A stretch of DNA of 63,623 bases, filler included, from Folioceros fuciformis (Eukaryota): the NCBI GenBank assembly GCA_049999805.1. It is 7 parts of 7 records of this genome, joined end to end, with 100 filler letters (N's around TTAATTAATTAA, not from the genome) between each part and the next. Parts side by side here need not be neighbours in the genome. Positions count along the whole stretch, not along the records: positions 34,388 to 48,787 come from JBNGIO010006148.1; positions 48,888 to 54,442 come from JBNGIO010006152.1; positions 54,543 to 61,028 come from JBNGIO010006153.1; 4 more parts are not named here. One strand, written 5' to 3'. Position 1 is the stretch's first letter, and each line of letters opens with the position of its first letter. The translations under genes were made by a program, and so were the position numbers. Under the pieces are notes generated by a model. The model ran no database searches and had not been told where the DNA came from. It saw nothing but the letters and a program-made list of their open reading frames with translations. Of this stretch, positions 47,190 through 59,554 are shown piece by piece.

Positions 47190-48110
47190 AGTCATATTAT
47201 GCAGCCTTTGGTGTCTGGGGCATTTATGGAGTGCTGGTAGTGTCGCTCGCCCGGCCTGTGTGTGCGAGTGAGTTGTCTGTGAGTAGGAGCGGGTAGGAGC
47301 GGGTGCCAATGATGACTGAAATAGCGGATTTCTGTGAAGCCTTTCAGGCTTGGGAGCATATCCATGTTACACACTCTGAGGCGATCTGATCTACATCCTT
47401 CTAGGTTGTTGGCTTTAGTGAATATTCGGCGTCGTAGCTTTAGGGTTGTAGATGTGGGGTTTCAGGAGTAGCCCTCGTCGCCTGTAGACCTCCACAACTT
47501 CGGATGATGACACGTACGACTGATTCTCGTGATGTTGAATCGTAATACACTCTAATTTTTTGCTGACGGAGATGTGGAGCCGATCTAGGACAGGAGTGAG
47601 AGTCTGGAAATGCGTGGAACTTGTTGCATTGCCAAGCTAACAGGCAAGAAGGGCCGTCAGTTGGCTGTCCATAACAAAACAAACACCAAGTTCCTGAGTT
47701 TCAGGATGTTTCTCTTCTTCCCAATTTCTATCATTCCTACCCTCACTTCCTACTGGCTGAAGTTCCTCATTTCTGTTTGTCTAAGTCATATTTACAAAAT
47801 TGTGAGCCTCTCAGTGTCATGCGCTTCGTCCTAGGGTACAGCTTGATGGGAACTCTCATTCTGAACTATGGCCAACACTCTTGGGTTTCGTTACCTGTCA
47901 GCCAATCTGGCCACTGCTTTGCACCAGATCCTGTGGAGGGAGTGTGGCCCTACACACAATAGTGGTTTGCTTCAAAGCCCTCGCGGGTAGTGGGAAGGAC
48001 TGTTGGTACCCCTGGTCCAACTGGAAGGTTCGTCCATGATAATGCTGTCCTTGGGTTGTTGAGCGTGTATAACACACCCGGCGGCTTCACGACATGCCCA
48101 CGGAGATGAT
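47190..48110 (+). repeat. Diverged duplicate of 43220-44075
   Basis: Co-linear blocks GTGAGTAGGAG, GGTTGTTGGCTTTAGT, TTGTGAGCCTCTC, ACAGCTTGATGG, GTTTGCTTCAAAGC, CGACATGCCCACGG at an offset of about 4 kb. Confidence 0.8.
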
Positions 48111-48712
48111 CTTTCGTTGTATCTGTGAAGTGGCGAGATGTGGATCAGATCCATTCCCTCCTTCCTGGGCTATGCCTGTGCCACTATTCTGAAGGCAATG
48201 CTGGCTGACTCGTGAGGCTCTTCCCATTCCCAACTGAAAAAATGTGCACTCGGCTGTCCATGTGTGCCCACACGGACAAAGCTCGGACCCGACCTGCAGC
48301 TCTGCTTCTCACTCGCCTCGCCCGCGTCTTGTGTGCCTGCTCCCACGTTTAGGCACAGGTATGTAATATCACGTGTCAGTGACATCGAAACGTATGCTGC
48401 AGCGTCTTTCTCGTCTAGCTTCACTGCGGGGACCAGAGGATAGCATCCCACCTCCACGATGCAATTCCACGTTCACACCCTTTGCAACTTCTGAGTCACG
48501 GGCATGAGCATATCGATAGCATTGACACCTGACAGGAGTGCCTTGTCCTACAAACTCTCCCTTTCCCTCATGAAACAAGACTTCCAAGAGAATGTCTCGG
48601 AGCGTCTGTACGGAATCGGTACAAGAAAACAGTATATTATTTCATTCGGTAAGCAGTATGGTTGACATATGCGTTTGTAGTCGAACGCTTAGGATAATTG
48701 CCTTCTAAACAA

Positions 48713-48787
48713 ATATATATATATATATATGTATATGTATATGTATATATATATGTATATATATATGTATATGTATATGTATATGTA
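48713..48787. repeat. (TA)n/(TATATG)n microsatellite at contig end
   Basis: Read directly. Confidence 0.95.
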
Positions 48788-51189
48788 NNNNNNNNNNNNN
48801 NNNNNNNNNNNNNNNNNNNNNNNNNNNNNNNTTAATTAATTAANNNNNNNNNNNNNNNNNNNNNNNNNNNNNNNNNNNNNNNNNNNNGTCTGCAGAGATG
48901 AGCCAATGAGATCCAGGTCTCATACTGCAGAAAAGACTTCAGCTTTAAGGTGAGTTCTCCCTTCGAAACCCAGACAAAATCTTTGTGCTTGCGTCCAGTC
49001 AGGTTCACTTTGTTGCCAATGAGCTGCGTGCAAGGCAACTGATTGTCAGACCAACCCAAAAGATTCTAAATTGTAACACCAAGTGCCACTGCTACTGGCC
49101 TTCAAACTCCAGCGGGAGAATTCACGCCATCGTCACCTTGAAGAATGGCACAGGGGCACCACGCTGGACACAATGCTGTTCGATGTGCCCCACTGGACCA
49201 TTGCCCACAAACTACAGGTCGTTATCTGGATCCTCTACAAAAGATGTCACAGCAGATTCTGCACACTGCAATCAGCACCTTCAATATGCAAGAGATCCTG
49301 TAGGCCACAGCAAGGGTCAGCAAGTGCCTGAATTGCTGCCCATACCAGGCGCAGTGTCTCCTCGTCTGAGTACTGTTTTTCGGGGAAGTGCCAAACAGGC
49401 TTATCCCTGGTGCTCCCGAATGGAAAGCCGTGCAGTATAAGGTAAAGCCTACGGTCTCATGCCCTCAGCAAAGACCTGCATCCAAGGCAAAGAGCTGTAG
49501 CAAGGCAGTAGCATTCCTGCTCCCAGCAAGGAAGTGCTGGAAGAAGACAGCTAACCCCATACCTCCGGTTGTCCTTTGTGTCAGCTTCGGTGACTGTTGC
49601 AGCTGGACCATCAAGTAAGTCTCCCCCATCGTCTTCCCGGCCTTGAGCAGACACACCCAGCAGGAACTCTCGTTACTCTTGAGCATGCAGGAAGTATCAG
49701 CGTGACCACAACCGGACTGTACTCACTTGCTGGAGGAGGCCTTGAGGAATTCTTCAGGGTAGGCTCTTCGGTACTGCTGTCTCCAAGCGAATCTTCACAC
49801 CATAACGAGCAGGGCCATCAAACTTTAACACAAAGCCATGCAAACGAATGCCGCACCAGCCAACTCATTGTCACACAGAAAGTTTCAGCTTCACAACTTA
49901 CGAATAGCTCCGAAAATCCGCAATAGGCTTCGGGAGCTGTGGTAGCACAACAGGGAGCCTCTACAAAGCCACAGCGGCCACGATTTTCTCCGTTTTGCCA
50001 CCCGGCGGTTTCACTGCAGCAGCATTGGACTTCTGCTCGCTGGATGCCGCCCTGGTAGTGAAAGCCCTGCATCCTGCTTTCTGGTGCCACACGCAAATCA
50101 GGCGTCAGCTGCTCCAACCCCTTTTTATCAAAACAAAATCGAAATCTTGAAGTAGTGAGATTCTCACAAAAAAGGCAGATGCATTGCAATCTGCTTCCTG
50201 ATTCCACGCCTTTGCCCATCTGCACGCGTGCGCACCCCGACCCACCGCGCGCACGGAAGACCGCAGCATTTTCACCTTGGTCCCACTTGCCCACCTAAAA
50301 CCCTTGTAAACGTTCATCACTGAAGTTGAAATTTCGACCATTTCGATGTCCACATGACAACTCGCGCGAAAAACCTTGTCAAGCATGCACGCCGAAGACA
50401 AGCTTGCAGAGGTGCGGTATAGCTGACAACCCTGGACCTCCTTCATTATCACGTCTCTGTTGTGCTCACTGGTGTCGCATTCAGGTACTGTCTGAATTGG
50501 AGGCACTCTCAGCGACGGCGCTTGTGAGTGAGGTAACCAGTGTCTCGTTGTTTGGTTCGAAATCGTCAGCAACAAACTTCAAAGGGCAGATGCACTGCTT
50601 CTGATGGTATACATTGAAACACGTTTTGCTTGTTGGATTTGCAGGGGTAAGAATCCAGGACCCCAGATCATCTGTGCTATTTGCTTGTGAAGGTGGTATT
50701 ATAGCAAGCTACGGGGCAAGTTCAAGCTGCATTTTTTCTTTCATTAAATACACCACCGTCCGCAGTGTTTACTGACAGTGATTCGGGACAACTGTGGTGT
50801 AGGCCGACAGGACAATCCGTGATTCTTTGGGGAGTCCTTATCCTTACTGGCACAGGACAAGATACTCGATTTATGAATCTAGTGTTAGCAGCCTGGTGAG
50901 TATCGTAGTAATTGGATGTTTGGATGACTCTGTATCAGGGCTGAGATTTCTATTGCTCCCATATCTTTGGCAGCTTCTGTTGTTTACTTCGGACGACAGA
51001 TATGTCCGTCACTCTGCAACAAGTGTTTTCCTGGTTTTCGCAAACTGTCTACAGGTTTCTGTGAATACTTGAGACAACTCTTGCCAGAAAATACGAAACA
51101 TGGTTTGCAGTTGGTTACATGTGACGTACTCTGCGAAGTATTGACACCGCTGGCATTGACCCCAAGATTCTTCGTATAGGCACGATAGG

Positions 51190-51265
51190 AAGGCTCATAA
51201 TTCTCTTCAGATAGGTGGTACTCCAAAATGTCCAACATTTTTGTCATCTGAGAGAAAATAAGCAC
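51190..51265 (-). pseudogene. Isolated SNF2-family (DDM1/ISWI-like) helicase motif IV exon fragment
   Basis: CAG|VLIFSQMTKMLDILEYHLSEENYEP. No other SNF2 motifs recognised in the contig. Confidence 0.75.
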
Positions 51266-52399
51266 CTGCGAAGAGCCATGATCAAATCTCTATCTTCCAA
51301 AAGCTATTTACCATGAAAGGAACCGTAAATGCAAGGTTCAAGTGCTTCTTAAGCTACTTAGCACACACACAACCAAGAAGGTGTATGTCCCAGCTACCCT
51401 GTGGCCCCTGCTCGTTCAGTGTTTCAAAAGCCGATCCAAAAGCTTTAGCTTCCCACATTGCTCTAGCATGGTCTCAACAGGCGGATAGTCCTATGCAGTC
51501 CCAATTACATTACACACATGATCTCAGACTGCACATTCAGCTGCCACATTTTGTATTGAAAAAAGACTATGCCCACAACACACAAGAGACGGACAACGCC
51601 TATACCATTCTTGTCGAAGTGGGACGTCAGCAGGTCTGGATAGCTGCAAGTCTTGCGTCGAAATGGGACGTAAGCAGGTCTGGATGGTTGCAAGTCTTGC
51701 GGAGTTACATGAGTACATTCTGCAACTGTTGCTTGACAGGAGCTCCTGAAGACGGGAACAAGGCAGACGTAGAAGTGCTTTGTGGCACTGCCAGCCTCAG
51801 TCATAGTGCAAACCCGGCATTCAGTTATTGATTTTTTTAATAACATGTGATGATCATGGTTAGGAATGAAACCCATAAACCCCTGACCAATGCGCACATC
51901 CTGGACTCGCCGCGTGGCTGGCGCTGGGCTGCTGCAATCCGGGCTGGTCCTGCAAATCCCTGCCGCTGCTGGCCGCGATGCTCCCGTGACCCATCTGCAT
52001 ATCCGCTGCAGCCAGCTTCTCTTGTCTACTCGTGAGTCATCTGCATATCCGCTGCAGCGAGATGCTCTGTCCATTCTGTATGCGCCAGAGACTCCAGAGC
52101 TCCACCGGCCTCATCAGAAAGCTCCCCCTGGTGACATAACGTGCTCACGAGAACGCCACCGTGGCCCATCGGATGTGGCAGGGCTCCTTACACTACTGCA
52201 CCTGGAGCCATTTCAGAACCAGCACGCCTTCTAGATTCATCCTGAGAGCTGAAGAGCTGCATTTCAAGGGAACGGGCTGCCAAGCCCCCTCCCTGCCTCG
52301 CTCCATCCTTTGCCGCAGCAACGACCCATCCTTGCCGCAGCAACGACCCATCCTTGCCGCAGCAACGACCTGCCAAGCCCCCTGCCTGCCTGGCGTAGC

Positions 52400-52625
52400 A
52401 ACACTTTTTAAGAAGTTGTCTCTTTTATGATGGATGAGCGTAACTTCAACAAAATAGACCAAGGTGGCGTCGCAACATGTTTTAAGAAGTTGTCGCTTTT
52501 TTATGATGGATGAGCGTGACTTCAACAAAATAGATCAAGGTGGCGTCGCAACATCTTTCAAGAAGTTGTAAGAAGTTGTCTCTTCTATCATGGATGAGCG
52601 TGACTTCAACAAATTAGACCAAGGG
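52400..52625 (+). repeat. Three tandem copies of a ~75-85-bp unit
   Basis: AAGAAGTTGTC...ATGGATGAGCGT(A/G)ACTTCAACAAA(A/T)TAGA(C/T)CAAGG occurs three times. Confidence 0.85.
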
Positions 52626-52980
52626 TTTCAGCATATCTTGAGAACGATAACTGAAATCCAGACTGAGACTGTTCACATATCAAATTTGCCCGCGGTAGAG
52701 AAACAAGCCCAGATGGCCGCTCTACAGGCTATGCAGGCTTCCCTAGCAAACTTACCAGCTAGGCAGGCTTCCCTAGCAAACTTACCAGCTATTCAGGCCT
52801 CCATATCCTGCTATGGAGGCTTTCATACGGGATATGGAGGCTTCTATACAGGATATGCAGGCTTCCCTGGCAAACTTACCAGCTATGCAGGCTTCCATAT
52901 AGCACCTTGAACAAGACATGCAAAGCATGTTACATACCTTGGCCAATATTGAAGAAGAACTACGGAGGATTGATTGAGAC
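52590..52980 (+). pseudogene. Short orphan ORF with (Q/G)AMQASI-type repeats, frameshifted
   Basis: MDERDFNKLDQGFQHILRTITEIQ...LQAMQASLANLPARQASLANLPAIQASI, then an alternative frame DMQASLANLPAMQASI. Confidence 0.4.
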
Positions 52981-53823
52981 GAACTCAACATCAAGAGCTT
53001 TAAATGCTCAACTTAAGAGCCTTTCACTAATTGAATGGTGACTACCTATCCCTATCCGACTGGCACATCCTTCCAAAACTCTTACAATCCTGGCTCATGC
53101 TTCAAAAAGTCTTACCATGCTCCCAAGAGATAGTGTTCACCATATCAAGAGCTTTAAATCCTCAACTTAGGAGCCTTTCCAATTAAGTGGCTGCTACCTA
53201 TCCGCATGTCATACCCTTCGACTCTTCTTACAGTGGCACATGCTTCGAAAACTCTTACAGTGCCACTCTAATCCACCTAATTCACCACAACCACACGTTA
53301 CCGCTTCGAAAACTCTTACAGTGCCACTCTAATTCACCACAACCACACGTTACCGTATCTAGGCAGCTACCCGATGTGGCAGCGCTTAGCAAGCACTTGC
53401 ATTCTAACTTGGCCTAAGCAGGCTGTTTGCCATTAACTCAGTTTTTCCTCATTAGGCGCAGACCCTGTTCTCCCACTCCTTCTCTATCTGTCACCCCGGC
53501 TTGTTATCACCTCTGTCATGCATGAAGGTGCACAGTCCCCATACCCTCAGTACCCAGTCTTCTTGTAGTCTTGCAAATGTCAGGCTGCAGTCTATCCTCA
53601 AACCCTAGACCTATAGCTGGACCTAAACAACGCCATCAACTCTGAAGCTGGCATCCGAAACCCTAAACCCTAACACACCACCATCTTCTTCCCCTATAAC
53701 TTGGCCATGCCCAGGAGGCGGCACTTATCTGTGGAGTGAGTCTCCGAGCCCACTGTCCCACAGCCTGAAGTTCGAAGAAAGGGATGGATGGCCTTGGTTG
53801 GAGGCCTATCCACAGAATCTTCC

Positions 53824-53876
53824 GGTCGCCTATTAGTTTAGGTCGCCTATTAGTTTAGGTCGCCTATTAGTTTAGG
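53824..53876. repeat. (GGTCGCCTATTAGTTTA)3
   Basis: Three perfect 17-bp copies. Confidence 0.9.
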
Positions 53877-54024
53877 CCAATATGGCGGAGCAGTCGAGTC
53901 CTTCTGGCATCAACACCTGTGTCAAGACCCATAAGCGATGAGAAACGCATTCAAAATATGCCCTGCACACCGTCCAAAAACTCGAAGATTCATCGGAGGA
54001 TCTGGTGGCATCACCTGACCCCAG

Positions 54025-54442
54025 ATAGGTAGCAGCCACTCAATTGGTGAAAGGTTCTTAAGTTGAGTATTTAAAGCTCTTTAACGTTGGCCAAGGTATT
54101 TTAGCACGCTTTGCATATGTTCCTAATGTTCCTAAAGGTACCGTATGGAAGCCTGTATATCTTGGATGGAAGCATACATAGCCTGTATAAAAGTTGTATA
54201 GCCTGTAATGAAAGCCTGCATAGCCTGTATAAAAGCTGCATAGCCTGTAATGGAAGCCTGCATAGCCTCTAATGGAAGCCTGCATAGCAAAGCTGCGTAG
54301 CCTCTAATGGAAGCCTGCATAGCAAAGCTACATAGCCTCTAATGGAAGCCTGCATAGCCTGTATAAAAGCTGCATAGCCTCTAATGGAAGCCTGCATAGT
54401 CTGTATAGAAGCTGCATAGCCTGTATAGAAGCTGCATAGCCT
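54025..54442 (-). repeat. Inverted paralogue of 52720-53050 with expanded GCTATGCAGGCTTCCAT-type minisatellite
   Basis: The reverse complement reads ...ATGCAAAGC...ATACCTTGGCCAA...AAGAGCTTTAAATACTCAACTTAAGAACCTTTCACCAATTGAGTGG...CTACCTATC, matching 52918-53050. Confidence 0.85.
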
Positions 54443-54542
54443 NNNNNNNNNNNNNNNNNNNNNNNNNNNNNNNNNNNNNNNNNNNNTTAATTAATTAANN
54501 NNNNNNNNNNNNNNNNNNNNNNNNNNNNNNNNNNNNNNNNNN

Positions 54543-56016
54543 GGCATTATGTGAACATCTTCCAGGAACTGATCCTCTGTCAACGTCAACGAACCGATGT
54601 ACTCCACCACTAAAGGCCGGCTTGGGGCTGGAGTCTCCATCCTGGAGGGCCCTCTTTCGGACAAGCCGTATCGTAGACATGACTCGGTCGTACTGACAGT
54701 ACGGTTGCTCTCTTCTGGACAAGCCGTATCCTGTACTCGATGGTGCTGACAGTACGGTTGCTTGTTTTAACATCAAGCATCCACTGCAAGCTGGACTGGA
54801 TGTGCGTAATTGGAGACTGACAAGTCTTTGCTGTCCAACGACGTCCGTGGGTGGACCGGTATAGACCTCGGTTCTGGTCCCGGTCCAAGACTTGTGGGGA
54901 CCGGGTCGACAAGTGTAAAAATGATTTTCCGAAGACTGTTCGCCAAACAGTCCTCGGAAATTGATCCCTTTCATTCCCAGCCTACCGAACAGTGTTCGGG
55001 AGGCTTCGGCACCGGGAATCAAACGGACGAGTGTACACCTGTCCACATCCTCCCAAATGGAAACTGGCCAGTGTTCATCAGTTGCTCCTTAAGTGTTCAT
55101 GGGGCGGCTGTTTGATAGCAGACGATGGGACTATCTGGTCTTGGGGCTACAATGCTTGTATCCGGTGGCTGTTGATTTTTTTGGCTTCCGTGCTATGTAC
55201 ATGCTTGGTTGCTTCTGCCGGAGATCTGCTATTTGCAACTGAGGTCATGCACTGACAATTTTGGCCTGAGGTACTTGTCAACTGTGACAATTTTGGCGCG
55301 AGGTACTTGTCAAGTTCCTTGACAGGTGCACACATGGTCAGCTGGGTCGGGACGGACAAACCTCGAAACTGTTAGAAAACAGGAAATCCCAAGCTCAGTC
55401 CTTGGACAAGTTCATTCAGAGCAGGTAGTCCTTACACACTTATGTAGACTTAGGTCTATTCGCTGTCTCCCTGGAAAGATAATTCATCTCGAGGCAACCT
55501 ATAATATGCCTCTAATACAAACTAGATGTGTTGCTCGAACCCTACAGGCTTCTAACGCAAACCCATACCACGCAGAGGTTTTTGAGAAGGGGCATGGTCG
55601 GCACAAGTGATGATCCAGAGGAGAATCAGGTCTCTGATGAGAGGAAATGTGACACCAGTGCTGTGAAGGTGCGCCGGCCCTTGCGAGCCCTTCTCCCACG
55701 CTCCGAGCATTTGTATGCGTGACAGTTCTGACAGGTATCCTGTAATCAGGCAGGCTGTGGCCATTGACGCTGGTGGCATGATGTCATGTGCTATTGACGC
55801 GAATGGTCCCCTATCACCGGATCTGGATGCTCAAGGACAGCTGTGTTGCTCAGTCTTTGCGCACCCTGACACTGGTGCGAGGGCCGGGATATCACACATA
55901 GGTTTCCAACGTCGCTTGTGGCAACGAGCACGTACTGGCTCTGGTACGGCCAACGGCAGGGGCAAGCGATGCATGGTATGCATGGGGAAGTAACAAGCAC
56001 GGTCAGGTAGGGCAGG
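54543..56016 (+). repeat. 1474-bp direct terminal repeat, copy 1 (copy 2 at 59555-61028)
   Basis: Identical by eye. The ORF track repeats with offset 5012. Confidence 0.97.
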
Positions 56017-56400
56017 AACGTCGAATTAGCACGTCCCGCCCGCAGGTTGTGGCAGGTCTGGGAACTGTTCAAGCTGGGTTTGCTCTTATTGCATGCGGTG
56101 CTTTCCACAGTGTGATTGTTGTACCATCAGCTGTTTCTCGTATTGAGGATGACATTGCTGGTGTTTCCCTTTTGCTATACATTCCGAATTGGGGAGAATG
56201 GTCAGCTTGGTCATGGAGTGGCAGTGAGCTCGTGGCTTCCGCAGCCTGTTCGAGGTCTTCCAAAAGATGAGCTTGTAGTCGCCGTCCCTTGCGGGCTCTT
56301 CCACACCAGTGTCGGGCTTCAGGATGGTGATATCTGGGCTTGGGGCATGGAGGGTGGATTGGGTCCCTGGTTGACGCCTCTTCCGCAGAGCCATCTGCGC
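55050..56400 (+). pseudogene. RCC1-repeat (UVR8-like fold) gene, disrupted
   Basis: DDGTIWSWGYNA, AIDAGGMMSCAID, VACGNEHVLALV, AWGSNKHGQVG, IACGAFHS, GENGQLGHG, CGLFHTSV...WAWGMEGGLG. Frameshift in a T run at ~56170 and an apparent deletion near 55810. Partly repeated at 60060-61028. Confidence 0.8.
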
Positions 56401-57978
56401 AGCGGCTACGGAGGGATGGGGAGCAGACGATTGAGACGTGAAGCGATCAAGAGCTTGCACATGTGGGGCCTTCTATCGATCTATGCGCTCTAATGTGAAA
56501 GATGTTGCTCTTCTTCTTAAGACGCAGACTTGGTGCACGCGATCTCTCAAAAATAGTAGACAAATCGACAGCGTCCAGCAGATCACGCCCCACAAGCGGG
56601 TAGTATGCCTTACGACCCTGCAGGAGGTCCAGAGCAGGGTTCCTTGCATACTTCACCTTACACGTCGCAGTAGCTGAATGTTGTCTCCGAGAAGCTGACA
56701 ATGTTGTGAGGAAGGTTATGTGAAGATGACGCTCAGCCTCAAGTATCGGCTGAATGTGGAGTCCAACCTCCCCATTTCCGATGTACTAGGAACGCATGGG
56801 GCCCCTGTCTACTGCGAGTGTCCATCGAAGTTTATCCCGGCAACAACTCGTTTTCAGAGCTGCCCAGCAACTTCTTATCTGCCCTAGAAGAGAGGCACGC
56901 CACCAAGGTACGTTGTACAACGTTGCTGCGTCTCATCACCCGATCCCCTTCCAGCCCAACTTTGCAGCCTTGTGTTTTTGCTTCACTCGCTCCCACCAAA
57001 CGATGCGAGCTGCATTTCAGGTGTAGCACCTCCAACGTACTGACTTGAGGATCTCTCAGCGCAAAATCGGCTACAGCACTTCCATCCTCACAAGTCCAGC
57101 CGTGAGAACATCCATAATCTCATTCCACCACCAGATCAAGCTTCCAGCGGCCACATCCCCATCCACACGCACCTCTGCGACGACCCAACACTGCGACGGC
57201 CCGTATACGACCTCCACCTGGGAGGCGAGCATATTGCGATTTTGGAAGACAGCACAAGCCCGGGCGGCGCTGCCATGGTTTCCATGGGGATCAAGCCGCA
57301 TCAGCCACAGAAGAGAGTCTACCCTGGGATTGCCCCCGTCTTCAACAACGGCCGGTTGCCCTAACACGACACTCAGGTCACCATTTGACCCTCTGAGCAC
57401 AACGTTTTCAGAACCGGCCACTATTTTGGTTTATGACTTGAAACACCGGCTAGCTGCTAATTATCTGCCTGTCAGTGCCGGTATTTGGGAGTCTCAACCG
57501 ACCACATCCCACTAGTGTCTGACAGCCTAAAGGCCCTTTCACAAAGACGAAGACATGGACCGCGCAATCAAGATGGGGCAGAAAGATAGTGAGTGAGTCC
57601 TTTCAAAGTTTACGCATCACTGCCAATGATGCATAGAAATCGGGCTGATGATCGTTCATGCATAGCTGCTCCTTTTATCATTCGTGCATAGCCACGTGCT
57701 GCTTCGATTGAAGTCACCCTTTGGTGACTTGACAGAGTTGCCATTTGCCTTCTTTGAACAGGGTTGATACTTCCCTCAAACAAGCTGGGAAGTACTAGCT
57801 CGAAAGAGTCTGGCATAAATAAGAGCGCCGCGCCCACTGCCCAGCAAGTACATAGTACGCAAGGGACTAATCCCTTTTTATGCTGTGGATTACTCCTCTG
57901 CTTTTGGATAATTCGTCCTCATTTCTAGGTGGAGAGGATTTTCCATCTTGTTAAGTATCCTCCCTCATAAATATAGGA

Positions 57979-59133
57979 TCAAGTTTCCATTTTCCTGCAT
58001 TCCACCATCAATACAGGGTCGTTGTTGCCAGAGTTCCCCGACACAGCCACCGCTCTAGGTCTGCGGGGTTTGCTTGGCCTATCGTCTTCGGATCGCCCTT
58101 GTTTCTTGTGACGCCACTTCCGCAATACCTTTCTGTCGATCATCAGGGCGAATACGATGAGGAAGAGCACAACGATGAGCGACACTGCTCCTCCGCACAG
58201 GAGCCAAGCCAGCATGCGATGCCTAGGGCCTGCCACGATGTACGCAGCTGAGATGAAAGATACGACGGTGAACATGGTAGCTACAAACACCAAGACTCTG
58301 GCCTGTTGGTAGAGGAGGAAGGCGCCGAGATGCGAGCGCGGCACCACGGACGTAAGGGTGAGGATGGACAGGAGGGCCACGAATAGCGCCATCCCGTTGG
58401 CGACGAAGAAGATCTTGAAGGCCCGCGAGCCCCCCAGGTTGGCACTTCCGATGGTGCCGTCCTGGTGGATGCTTCCGGGAGGTTGCAGCAGGGAGCTGAA
58501 GGATAGGGCGGCGATGAGGGCGGCCACCACCACCGTCGTGTTGGTGGCGCTGGAATACCCATTCATGCGGAACTTTTCGTCGTAGTCTCTGTTCTTGTGA
58601 CAGCCCTTATCCACGCGCTTCTGAATCTTCCCAGGCCAGTACAGGAGCGTCATCTTCACCCACGACCGCACGCCCCTGCAGTGAGAGCCAGAGTTCTGGG
58701 GGTCCTAGCTGCTGTGAGAGACATTGCTCTGGGGAATCTCGCTGCCGTGAGAGGCAGTGATCTGGTGGTCCTCGCTGCCCCATGACGAAAGCCCGGCCTC
58801 GAGGTCCCGCTCCACCTCGTTGTGGCTGGTACGAGCTGGTGCGGGTTCTTCTCCTTTCTTCTCCCGAAACAGCCATCGCAGCCGCCTCATCACCTTCCTT
58901 ATTGCCGGGGTTCTGGGCAGCTCTGCCACCTCTACCTGTTTTCGTTGCCGTTCGTATCTGCAGGCCCGGGTATTGCTGTCAGAAATGCAAGCGAACGTTG
59001 GGGGGGTACTGGGCGGGCGTAACGAAACCTGACCTTTGCAGCAGCAGGAATGTGAGCCGACTACTTCGCATGCAGACTCGAGGTCCCGGGGAAGCTGCAC
59101 GATATTGAAGCTCGGCTCCCTCTCGCTGGCCAT
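57979..59133 (-). pseudogene. PGG-domain multi-pass membrane protein with in-frame TAG at 58705-58707
   Basis: ORFs 58705-59133 and 57979-58671 share one frame. NTTVVVAALIAALSFSSLLQPPG, AFKIFFVANGMALF and further TM helices. No ankyrin repeats seen. Confidence 0.75.
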
Positions 59134-59554
59134 GGAAAGTCCAGCTCCTCAGCCCACGAATCGTTTGATCCACTGACGCTTGCCTCCAGAGAGCCTAGAC
59201 TGAGGCTGCCTGCTCTGAGAATCCACGTCCCGGACTGGTGCCAAGGCATTATTGTTGAATGCCGCTTTGGATGCAACGCACCCTGCCGGGTGTTTCGCGC
59301 CACCTGTGGCCTCCAGTTACAGTGACGTGTTTGTTCCCATGTGCTATCCTGAAGAGATGAAACGAGTTTACGGACACCCAAATGTGCGTCAGGTGGAGAG
59401 GAGAGGGCGAAATCAGTTTCGGAATCCACTTAGTAGATGGGCAATGCACACGGATGAGAGCCATGGCAGCATCTCTTGGGAGCAGTAGTTGTTACTCATT
59501 TTTAAAGAGAAAGTAAGGTACTGTCTTCGACAGGTAGCGGAAAACCGTGAGGCG

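Noticed and set aside
54543-56016. 1474-bp and 1247-bp terminal repeats as LTRs
   Set aside because: No TG...CA ends, PBS, PPT or retroelement domains between them. The repeats cut through gene remnants and end at contig boundaries.
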